A DNA stretch of 64,000 bases from assembly GCA_050950825.1 (NCBI GenBank), contig JBMNIH010000008.1, positions 64,001 to 128,000 of the forward strand, written 5' to 3'. The stretch is from Clostridia bacterium. GTDB lineage: Bacteria; Bacillota; Clostridia; JAAYHZ01. Position numbers and translations under genes: made by a program. This document shows positions 54,071 through 62,864 of this stretch, in pieces (within the stretch, counting starts at the first letter, position 1; each line of letters begins with the position of its first letter). The notes below the pieces were generated by a model that saw only the letters and a list, made by a program, of their open reading frames with translations, was not told where the DNA came from and searched no databases.

Positions 54071-54451
54071 TCAGCGAATGACGATATCGGTATCATCCTC
54101 AGCGCTTCCTATGATATTAATAATTACACCTGCCGGTACGCAAACCGCCGTTTGACCGGGCCGACTGATTCTGCCCATCTTTTCACAAATACGGTCCGGG
54201 CAGTCGGACCGTTCAAAACGAATGGTTCTTTCTTCCGCTATAATGATGTTATTATATTTCCCTTTTAATTCAATAATAATCGGCTCGTCAACCTGATCAA
54301 GATCTATGGTCCGGATCACTTCCCCGTCTCGAATTATTTGAGCGACGGCATGTCCTGCTCCGGTACGGATTCGAAATGAGGCAAATATGGCCACAGAGAT
54401 ACAAATGATGACGGCAAATATTAAAATATCTCCCGGTTTAAGCTTCTTCAT
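54071..54451 (-). CDS. EetA / NusG domain II-containing membrane-anchored protein
   Basis: GD + TM helix, SDCPDRIC...G.I..PGQ..VCVP. Confidence 0.88.
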   Translation of the reverse strand: MKKLKPGDILIFAVIICISVAIFASFRIRTGAGHAVAQIIRDGEVIRTIDLDQVDEPIIIELKGKYNNIIIAEERTIRFERSDCPDRICEKMGRISRPGQTAVCVPAGVIINIIGSAEDDTDIVIR

Positions 54452-54572
54452 TTCTCCTCCGTAAATTTTCCTTTAGCTGTCAAGTTCGTTCCTTACTGCA
54501 ATATATAACCTTTTCACCTATTATACAGTACAAACAACAATTTGCTATAGTAAAATCGTATTAATTTTGCTG

Positions 54573-54601
54573 ATTATAACACACATATTGACCGGGTTCA
54601 A
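54573..54601 (-). promoter_or_regulatory. Probable sigma-A promoter of the EET operon
   Basis: TTGAAC-17 nt-TATAAT with extended TG. Confidence 0.6.
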
Positions 54602-54666
54602 TAAATTGAAAAAAGCCGCTATTTACCGAATTACATGCCTTGATTGAAAAAGTAAAGTCCACTTTG

Positions 54667-56058
54667 GTTATAGTCTTAAGTAGTGGTGTAAATTTCGTGG
54701 AGTATGCTTGACAAGAGTAACCACCATATGATTTTTACTTTATTAGATTCAAACAAAAAAGATAAAGTAAAGGAGGTCATACCGTGGCTACTAAAAATAG
54801 AATGTCACTTTTAGAGCAACTTAGCAAGTATGTTGTTGAAAAAGATAAGGATTTTTTAAAGGAAGCGCTTACGCTGTTAATCAATGCTCTGATGGATGCG
54901 GAAGTTACGTCGATGATCGGTGCGGAAAAGTATGAACGAAGTGAGAATCGGAACAATCATCGTAATGGATACCGACAAAGAGAATGGGATACTCGCCTTG
55001 GTACGTTACAGTTAAGCATACCCAAATTGAGGCATGGAAGCTATTTCCCAAGTTTATTAGAGCCTCGGAAGATGTCAGAAAAAGCTTTATTAAATGTGGT
55101 GCAGGAAGCTTATGTGCACGGTGTCAGCACTAGAAAAGTAGATGAGTTGGTAGAATCTCTCGGAATTAAAGGGATGGATAAAAGCGAAGTTTCCGGGATC
55201 AGCAAGCAATTGGATGGCTTTGTCACCGAGTTCAAGAACCGCATACTCGAAGGAGAATACCCTTATCTTTGGCTTGATGCTACTTTTCCTAAGGTTCGTG
55301 AAGGTGGAAGAGTATGCAGTATGGCACTTGTAATAGCCGTAGGTGTAAATCAGTCCGGTGAACGAGAGATACTAGGTTTTGATGTCGGCATGAGTGAAGA
55401 CGGAGCTTTTTGGGAAGAGTTTCTGAGAAAGCTTGTAGCAAGGGGACTTAAAGGGGTGAAGTTAGTTGTAAGTGATGCCCATGAGGGGTTAAAATCCGCC
55501 ATAAAGAAGGTTTTAACCGGGAGCACATGGCAAAGATGCCGAGTACATTTTATGCGGAACGTATTAAGCCAAGTGCCGAAGAAGTGCCAAGGAATGGTCT
55601 CCTCAATCATACGCACCATTTTTGCACAAAATGATCAGGAATCCGCAAGGGAACAGCTAAGACATGTGGTAGATGAACTGAGGGGGCGTTTTCCGAAAGC
55701 AATGGAAATCCTTGAAGCAGCCGAAGAGGATATATTGGCGTATATGGCCTTTCCCCGTGAGCATTGGATACAGATTCATTCTACGAATCCATTGGAACGG
55801 CTTAATCGTGAGATACGCCGTCGGACTGATGTTGTATGCATATTTCCTAATCGTGATGCCGTTATTCGCCTTGTAGGTACTATGCTTATGGAGCAGAACG
55901 ATGAATGGCAGGTAGGGCGGCGATACTTCAGTTTAGAATCTATGGAAAAGCTTACACAGGCTAATGGGTTTTCATTAGCTCCGATTGCTATCTTACATAA
56001 ATGAAACGAAGGGAAGATAAAGTAGAAATCATTTTACACCACTTGACAAGACACTATC
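54667..56058 (+). mobile_element. IS256-family insertion sequence
   Basis: Imperfect IRs sharing GTCTT-N4-AGTGGTGTAAA; 8-bp TSD CCACTTTG at 54659-54666 and 56059-56066. Confidence 0.92.
54784..56004 (+). CDS. IS256-family (Mutator) transposase
   Basis: RNGYR.R, GVSTRKV, WLDA, SDAH.GL, QRCRVHF.RN, STN.LERLN.EI.RR. Confidence 0.95.
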   Translation: MATKNRMSLLEQLSKYVVEKDKDFLKEALTLLINALMDAEVTSMIGAEKYERSENRNNHRNGYRQREWDTRLGTLQLSIPKLRHGSYFPSLLEPRKMSEKALLNVVQEAYVHGVSTRKVDELVESLGIKGMDKSEVSGISKQLDGFVTEFKNRILEGEYPYLWLDATFPKVREGGRVCSMALVIAVGVNQSGEREILGFDVGMSEDGAFWEEFLRKLVARGLKGVKLVVSDAHEGLKSAIKKVLTGSTWQRCRVHFMRNVLSQVPKKCQGMVSSIIRTIFAQNDQESAREQLRHVVDELRGRFPKAMEILEAAEEDILAYMAFPREHWIQIHSTNPLERLNREIRRRTDVVCIFPNRDAVIRLVGTMLMEQNDEWQVGRRYFSLESMEKLTQANGFSLAPIAILHK

Positions 56059-56317
56059 CCACTTTGCAAGGTTAAATTCCATCCATCCTAAAAAATTATT
56101 GCATAAGGTGGGATAAAATTATTCTAACAAGGAAGAATTGTTACTATGGAAGGATTTTTTCTGCAAAAAGCAAGTGAATGCTTCATTTATTACCTGTTTT
56201 TTTGCATAGCAAACAAACCGTGTTGATTTCTTCACTTTTTTGCAAAGGTAAAATCCACTACGGTTAAAAGGTAATAATTGGCAGAACGATGCCTTTCGGA
56301 TAATTATTAATACTTTA

Positions 56318-57936
56318 CTCAAACTTCGCAGTAAATTAATATAATAAATTCCTAGATAATTTAATATAAGCTTTTTAAGTAATATATGTAACTAAGCGAC
56401 TTTTGACTTGGGTAATCTTAGTTTTAAATATTCAGGAAGTCTAGAAATGAAAATTCTAAGAAACCCATTTACTCGCTTATCATCAATCATGAAATACTCC
56501 ATTAAGCATTCTGACAGTATTTCGAGAATCAGTTGTATTACTTCATCGAACTTTATGTCTTGCAATTCATCGTAGCATAAATAAAACAACTCACCTATAG
56601 TTCGATTATCCATATTGTTCCGATTTTCTATTGCCAGCATGATATACCTACTGAGGACTACTGCGGTATGAGCCGTCATCATATCATATGACAAGCCTTG
56701 AAACTCTCTACCTAAATTGAGATATGTCTTGCACATTTTATAGAAAACTTCTATATCCCAACGTTTGCCATACGTTTGAATTATTTGCTCTTCCGAAAGC
56801 GCCAAATCGGTTGAAATGATGGCTATCCATTTCTTCCTGTTATTCCGATCCCGTACGAATACAATGCGAGCATCCATAGTCTCTTCTTCTTTGTTGTGAA
56901 TGGATACGACAACCGACAAAAGGTATTTGGAACGACCACGTCTCTTTTTTTGAGAATTATAGATTTCCTTAAGGGTCATTTTCTTTCCGTTAAAGGAATA
57001 CTTGATATTAGGAGTATCTTTAAGCCGCCCGATGCTGTGAAGCTTCAACTTCGCAATGTCCATGAGTATTGCAGGATAGGAAAACCAACTGTCGAACAGC
57101 ACGTGCTTTGCAGGTATGTGTTGCTCGACTGCTTGCCGAAGCATCGCTATCATTAAATCAGGGGCTTTCTGCATGGCTTGCATTCTTCGTTTGTATCCAT
57201 TGGTGTTTTTATGGATATCATCTCTCATTTTACACAAATGTTTTTCAACTTTGCCGGATGTGAGCAAACAAAAATTAAACGGAATAAGTGTGTTGCCATC
57301 TGACCATGCAAGAGTAAGCAACCTGAATCCTTTTTTACACTTGTTGTCGGTATGATCTCTGACAAACGAAAGCATCTCTACACATTTGCTTCGTAAACGG
57401 CCGTAGAAGGTATCATCTACAACAATGACATTAATACGGTCATCCGATGTCAAATCCTTTATATGGCTGTTTATAACCGTGGATGCCAATGTCATAACAA
57501 ATGTCTGCCAGTTAATATATATAGAGTTTAGGAAACGATATACAGTATCTTTTTTAAAATCGACATTTTTGTCTCTGTTGCTGTCTTTATTTTTTATCAG
57601 GTTCATATACATACTTCTGTTTGTGAAAACCAATTGAAACAAATAGAGAAAAATTTGAATTACCGGTACACCTCTTTTTTTATAAGCATTGGCATGTTGC
57701 AGAGCTTGATAAATTTTAAACTTTCTAAAAAAAAGATTGATTCTATCGTTAAACTGCTTTTCTTCGATATAATTTTCCGGTATACTATTCATGGCAAGGA
57801 GCTCCTTCGTTGTGATATTTTGTTTGTTATGTTAATTAATATTATACCACAACCCAGGTCTCCTTGCTATACTTTTTTGCACTAAACTATTGAATTATCT
57901 AGGTTCGAACTCACTTTTTCAAGTGCGAAGTTTGAG
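56318..57936 (-). mobile_element. IS4/IS701-like DDE insertion sequence
   Basis: 13-bp perfect IRs CTCAAACTTCGCA / TGCGAAGTTTGAG; 7-bp TSD TACTTTA at 56311-56317 and 57937-57943; exact family uncertain. Confidence 0.85.
56392..57792 (-). CDS. DDE transposase (IS4 superfamily)
   Basis: VDDT, LFDSWF, Y..RW.IE.F.K (YREK-like). Confidence 0.9.
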   Translation of the reverse strand: MNSIPENYIEEKQFNDRINLFFRKFKIYQALQHANAYKKRGVPVIQIFLYLFQLVFTNRSMYMNLIKNKDSNRDKNVDFKKDTVYRFLNSIYINWQTFVMTLASTVINSHIKDLTSDDRINVIVVDDTFYGRLRSKCVEMLSFVRDHTDNKCKKGFRLLTLAWSDGNTLIPFNFCLLTSGKVEKHLCKMRDDIHKNTNGYKRRMQAMQKAPDLMIAMLRQAVEQHIPAKHVLFDSWFSYPAILMDIAKLKLHSIGRLKDTPNIKYSFNGKKMTLKEIYNSQKKRRGRSKYLLSVVVSIHNKEEETMDARIVFVRDRNNRKKWIAIISTDLALSEEQIIQTYGKRWDIEVFYKMCKTYLNLGREFQGLSYDMMTAHTAVVLSRYIMLAIENRNNMDNRTIGELFYLCYDELQDIKFDEVIQLILEILSECLMEYFMIDDKRVNGFLRIFISRLPEYLKLRLPKSKVA

Positions 57937-59233
57937 TACTTTAATAAATCGGGATTCAAACAAATATTATTCGGTTCAATGAGTTTGGATCCCAATTTTT
58001 TTATTACTTCTTCACCAAACATAAATTTAAACACTTCATGAGGAGTTCTATCATTTAAAGATAATCCGGAGTAAGAATTTATGTGGTTCATTACAAGATT
58101 AATATCTTCCTGCACGAGATTATCGAAGCTTGTTCCTTTCGGTAAGATCTTCCTCAGTTCCCCGTGATTTTTTTCTTGTGATGCCCTTTGATAAGCTGAA
58201 TACGAATCGCAATAAAAGACCTTAGTTCTAACTTCTCCGGTTACTCGGTAGTATTCAATCGCTTTCGGGTTCGTAAATTCACTGCCCTTGTCAGCCAAAA
58301 GTATGGGAAACAGTTTTCGAAACGTGTCAAGACCCAAAAGCTCTGTCAGTTTGTCGAAAACATCGATTACCGATTGCGAATCGTTCGAGTCTCGTAAAAA
58401 TGCAAGCATAAATTCGGTTTTAACAAAATGCAACGTCATCAGCACTTTACCGCCTTTTGTACCAAGCACCGAATCCATTTCCACGACGAAAGGAGCATTA
58501 ACATCTGCCATCACTTTTTTGTAATCATCATACGTGCGTCCCTATTCGGCATTCGCGATCCACTTTATGAGTTACGCCCGGTTTTTTGCGAGATCGATAT
58601 CTTACTTTTCTGGGCATATCAATATTACGAGCCGTGAAGAGGCCGTAGTCAACGTAATTGTATAACGTCCTTTCGCTGTACATAATTTTATCGGCATTGT
58701 TTACGCAAATATGATGAATGGACTGGCCTTTTTTCAGAAGAGGTGATATCACGGTATCCAATTGTTGCAACGATTTTTCATCGATTGCCACACCGGAACG
58801 TGATTCCGAACGTGTATATTCATATTCTTTGTCTGCAACTTTAGCGTCGTATATCATTTTTTGCAATGAGCACTTGCGTTTTGTCGAGCATCCGTTACAT
58901 ACGTAAGGCGGTTTTTCGAGAGCATCACACTTCTGTTCTACGAAAGCATCACAGAAGTCATTGCACAGTCTGCATATGCTACAGATCCCTTTTTCGCAAA
59001 CTCCGCTTTTTTTACATAGCGAACGTTTATGACAACCGATCCTGTACTTACATGCATTGTACGATTGGCCCGAAAGCACCTGTCTTTCGTTCTACCCGAT
59101 GTCGACGAACTTCTTTGGATATTGTCGTGCAATCTTTACCGAGTATTTTACCGATTTCCTTAAAAGATTTTCCCTCCTTCAATAAGTTTTCGATATCTTT
59201 CCTGTCTGATAACGTCAAATGAGTTGACATCAT
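57882..59233 (-). pseudogene. IS30-family transposase with a Cys-rich insert, split by two +1 frameshifts
   Basis: HLTLSDR..IE HTH, PPYVCNGC, EMDSV, DKGSEF, EKNH..LR.ILPKG.SF; extra G near 59069 and near 58540; could be sequencing errors. Confidence 0.85.
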
Positions 59234-59780
59234 TATGGTTCTCCTTTCAAAATCATTTTGAAAGACATCGTTCTTTTTTAATGATTGCACTGATATCGGT
59301 AAGTAATACATGTTTTGTTAGTTTTTAGTTTTAGATCATGACAAAAGTCCATCCGGTTAAAAAGACAAGCAATGGCCTTTTGCGGCATAAACGGCCTACT
59401 TCCCGGCAAAGCCGGGTCCCTTCCATTTATTCCACAGTGCCATGCTTTTCTTTTTTCGCCATGCTTTTGAACATATACCGAGGGATGAAGAGGAGATGCA
59501 AGCGACCAATTTCTCAACGTCCCCCTCGTCTTTTATATCGTAGCATGGCGAACACCGTATTACTTTTATATTTGTTTAGGTAATGATAGTCTCAGGAATC
59601 AGCTAAAAATGCATGCTTTCTTTACTAGTAATTTTTTGTATTTGCGTTTGCATTAGTAAAGTCCACAATATTTTTATTAATATTTTTGCAAAAGTAAAAT
59701 CAACTGCAGCTTTCGAAGGGTGGACTTTACTTTTTCGATTAAAGACCGAATTACATGCCTTGAATTTTGAAAAAAGGGTG

Positions 59781-59810
59781 TTGACAAAAAGGATAGCCTG
59801 CTTGTATAAT
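59781..59810 (+). promoter_or_regulatory. Sigma-A promoter of tRNA-Gly/tRNA-Arg
   Basis: TTGACA...TATAAT consensus hexamers just upstream of tRNA-Gly. Confidence 0.8.
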
Positions 59811-59827
59811 GTAAAAGTCCGAAAAAC

Positions 59828-59901
59828 GCGGGTGTAGTTCAATGGTAGAACATCAGCCTTCCAAGCTGATTGCGAGGGTTCGATTCCCTTCACCCGCTCC
59901 A
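59828..59901 (+). tRNA. tRNA-Gly (TCC)
   Basis: GCGGGTGTAGTTCAATGGTAGAAC..TCAGC CTTCCAA GCTGA..GTTCGA..CCA. Confidence 0.97.
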
Positions 59902-59914
59902 TAATCAACCACAT

Positions 59915-59991
<77 letters not shown>

Positions 59992-60000
59992 CAGATTGTC

Positions 60001-60029
60001 CGAAAACCTGCTAAAATAGCAGGTTTTCG
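60001..60029 (+). terminator. Hairpin after tRNA-Arg
   Basis: CGAAAACCTGCTA AAA TAGCAGGTTTTCG. Confidence 0.75.
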
Positions 60030-60166
60030 ATGTTTTATCGGTTTGTATGATCACTTTTTCAACGAACTTGAAGAAAACGGTGAAGAAAAACCGTTGTAAT
60101 AAAACGGAAATATCAAGAATTCGATATATTAAACGTGATAAAGAAGATAAATAATATAGAAACGAC

Positions 60167-60570
60167 TTACATAGCTGCTATTAATCTTTGAACTCCCACC
60201 ATATTAATCGCTCTACGCATGTTATAGGCAAGAAAACACAACCCAAGTTCTGCCGTGATTTTTTCTTTTCCATGACATAAGACATAGTGGCTTAAATTAT
60301 GCCATTTTATTGTACCAAATTGATGCTCCGAATGGCACATTCGCTTTTTTCTCATTTCATCCGTATACTTCATTCAGATAAGGACTTTTTTGTGACTTGT
60401 CTTCTTAAAGTTGTTCGGGAGCTTTTCGCCTTCCGGCATGAGTTGCAATGGACGCTCCTTGCATGAATTCATTCTTATGGGAGCATACTTTGCTTTTGGT
60501 CCAAACGCGGCAACCATGAACCCGGATTACGTACACTTGTTGGTACAAAATCGACAAGCCGCCTTACTCG
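60167..60570 (-). pseudogene. IS1182-like transposase C-terminal remnant
   Basis: EH.FGTIKW...GKEK..AELGL.FLAYN.RRAIN, with an upstream ACRFCTNKCT fragment; broken frames. Confidence 0.7.
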
Positions 60571-61407
60571 CTTCATAAGGTGGTTGGAGAAAATCAATAA
60601 TTAATTTAACAACATCGGTAAAGTCAAGTTTATATTGCAGTATTTTTTTACAAAAATTGCCCCATCTTCTTATAATAATAGACTCATCAGCTAACCTTAA
60701 AATAATAGTGACAGAATCTTTTTCATAAGGTGTGCCCCGGTTAGTAAGGGTTTCATAAATAGCTTCCTGTAATTTACGTCCATCGAAATTAAAGGTTGTT
60801 GCCATATAATATATATCAAAGAAGTCTTTCATCCTGCTTGTAGCTTCCATTAGTGATATGATAGCATCTAATTTTTCTGCCACTGTGGATTCCAATGAAT
60901 AAGTCAGAATCTTAGGTTCCTCAAATTCTGGAAGTAATACCGGTAAAGTTCGTTCAACTGGCGAAGGTACTACAACATCACCAACTCCCAAGTCTATACT
61001 AAAAGGGATCTTAACCCTTCCAATAGACCCCATGAGGTAAATTCTAATACCATGGTATTTCTTTATCTCTCTGATAGTTTCTATCCTTCTAATCTCAAAC
61101 TGTATAAAATTATTTTTGCCAGTTGAGGAAATAATATTTTTTTAACAAGCTTTTCTACTGCATCCATATCGTTAGGATAATTTCTTAAAAGATAATCTGC
61201 ATCAACTGTTGGTCTTGCGGCAAATCCACTGATTGAATATAATAAAAAGCCGCCTTTAAGAATAACTTTTTCTTTGTAATCACTTTCTGAAAGTCTTCGA
61301 ATAAATTCCTCCTGGCAAAATAGATTTAGGAGCTGTTGTAATGGAATACCTTGTTCTTTTGATTTGTTTTTAAGTCTCGCTATGACTGAAGCTTCAATAT
61401 TTCCCAT
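60527..61407 (-). pseudogene. AbiEii nucleotidyltransferase toxin, frameshifted and 3'-truncated
   Basis: ILKGG..., RPTVDAD, AEKL.A, SRMKDFFD; frame break at the A7 run 61137-61143; C-terminus fused to the IS remnant. Confidence 0.85.
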
Positions 61408-62003
61408 TATAACCACATCCCTATACGAGTTTGCACTTTATTCTTAATATTAAATATTTCTGCATACTCAAACAGCTTTCTTATGTTTTTCTTCGAATCC
61501 TCTATATAACGGCCAATAGCATTATAAAATACTTCTTTCTCCAGTTTTTTCTCATAACGGAGGACATCGCAAATTGTGCGATCTCTGTTGTATATCTTTA
61601 TTTCAATGCCATCTATCTCTATTATATCTACACCAATGTCTAAAAACTTTGGTTCAAGATAGTAAGGTTCTATTAGAGGATAATCAATTCTATACTGAGT
61701 TGTTTTACTATATCTATCCACAGCAATTTGCCATGCCGGCGGTATGCGGTCTGTGTAGTCATAATGGAATAAGGCACTTTCAAGAAATATAACTGCTCGC
61801 GGAAATAAACGTGCAATAATTACCTCTTTACGAATAACATAATCTGTAAGTTCATAAAAACCGCGTTTAGCCTTTGTAATAATCCCTTCATTTAGAAGTC
61901 TTTTTATCTGGCGACTCGAAAGTCCTAAATCTTTAAGCTCTACAGTTTTTAAGATTCCCCCGCATCTTTGAAATTCCTTCTTCAAAATATCAATTTGTAT
62001 CAT
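61407..62003 (-). CDS. AbiEi type IV toxin-antitoxin antitoxin
   Basis: Winged-HTH with RG.Y, LESAL..Y..TD..P, IY..DRTICD; ATG at 62003 with RBS GAGGTG. Confidence 0.88.
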   Translation of the reverse strand: MIQIDILKKEFQRCGGILKTVELKDLGLSSRQIKRLLNEGIITKAKRGFYELTDYVIRKEVIIARLFPRAVIFLESALFHYDYTDRIPPAWQIAVDRYSKTTQYRIDYPLIEPYYLEPKFLDIGVDIIEIDGIEIKIYNRDRTICDVLRYEKKLEKEVFYNAIGRYIEDSKKNIRKLFEYAEIFNIKNKVQTRIGMWL

Positions 62004-62317
62004 TTTGCACCTCTCGGCCTGCATTTGTTTTTCGATGCAGTCTTTTAAGTGCATTATACCATATTATTACTATTAAATAATGATCTGCTTTTTATGCGGG
62101 TTTAATCAAATAAGTAATATAAGTTATAAAGATATATAAGCAAATATCTACCAATTACATTTCCGGAAATCGTGTAGAAACCTCTGTTATAAAAATTATT
62201 AGAAACGGCTTCTATGTCTATACTAACAAATTATATTTAGGTGATCCGTTGGTTTTACAATAAATGAAATAATGTGAAATACAGTAGCATCAAGGGTTCT
62301 GATGTGCAGAACCTCCT

Positions 62318-62364
62318 AACGGACTTCTAATCCCTAGGTCGGGGATTCGAATTCCTTCAGGCAC
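62318..62364 (+). repeat. Degenerate copy of the tRNA-Arg 3' part (att site)
   Basis: 47 bp with 4 mismatches to 59941-59987. Confidence 0.9.
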
Positions 62365-62527
62365 AACATTTCGAAAGTCCTTGCAGTGCAAATATTTTTG
62401 ACGTTTTAAAGTAAAAAACAGGATGCAATAATATTCGATTCTTTGCCCGATTTACAACAACATCCTAAGTAATTTCGCCTTACATAATAACAGCGGATTA
62501 TATACAAAAAAAATCCGCTGCTATTGT

Positions 62528-62864
62528 CTATTCCATATTTTGTTGAAAAACTAATATTGACTGGCCGTTTTTCGGTTGACGGTAAACTTGACCTTTTTCT
62601 CGCCCTCTTACGTATATAAAGTCGATGGTATCCACTTTATCCTTGGCGACCAAGTAGCCGCCTTTTCCTCCCATGTCTTCACCGATATAGTAGAGCAGGG
62701 CTTCTTGGGTACATTCCTTCAAGCATGCCGCACAAACCCCAGCAGTCTTTAGGATACATCATTTCCACTTTGCCGTTCACCCCTAATTCCAGCAAATTGC
62801 CGGGGCATATATCCACGCATTTTCCGCAGCCGATACATTTATCCTGTAATATCTTTATGCTCAT
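62528..62864 (-). pseudogene. 4Fe-4S ferredoxin, APS reductase beta-like, frameshifted
   Basis: CIGCGKCVDICPG; removing one T near 62735 restores CWGCAACLKEC. Confidence 0.75.

Larger units (their letters stand above)
54638..59744 (-). mobile_element. IS30-family element (about 2.08 kb without nested insertions) carrying two nested IS
   Basis: 25-bp terminal IRs with 3 mismatches (54638-54662, 59720-59744); flanking direct repeat ACCGAATTACATG(CCTTGA) at 54625 and 59745; IS30-type transposase inside. Confidence 0.85.

Noticed and set aside
54452-54620. A Rex operator controlling the EET operon
   Set aside because: No convincing TTGTGAA-N4-TTCACAA palindrome is visible.
59296-59480. 6-9 nt matches between the IS30 arm and the target site (TCGGTAA, TACATG, TACCGA) as possible guide segments
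   Set aside because: Too short to exceed chance in several hundred AT-rich bases; only cross-homolog covariation could support them.
54644-59738. The 19-bp repeats as a CRISPR array
   Set aside because: Irregular spacing, degenerate copies, mixed orientation and no cas genes; better explained as transposon end motifs.
62318-62364. An additional tRNA-Arg gene
   Set aside because: Lacks the 5' acceptor strand, D arm and CCA; it is an att-like partial duplicate.
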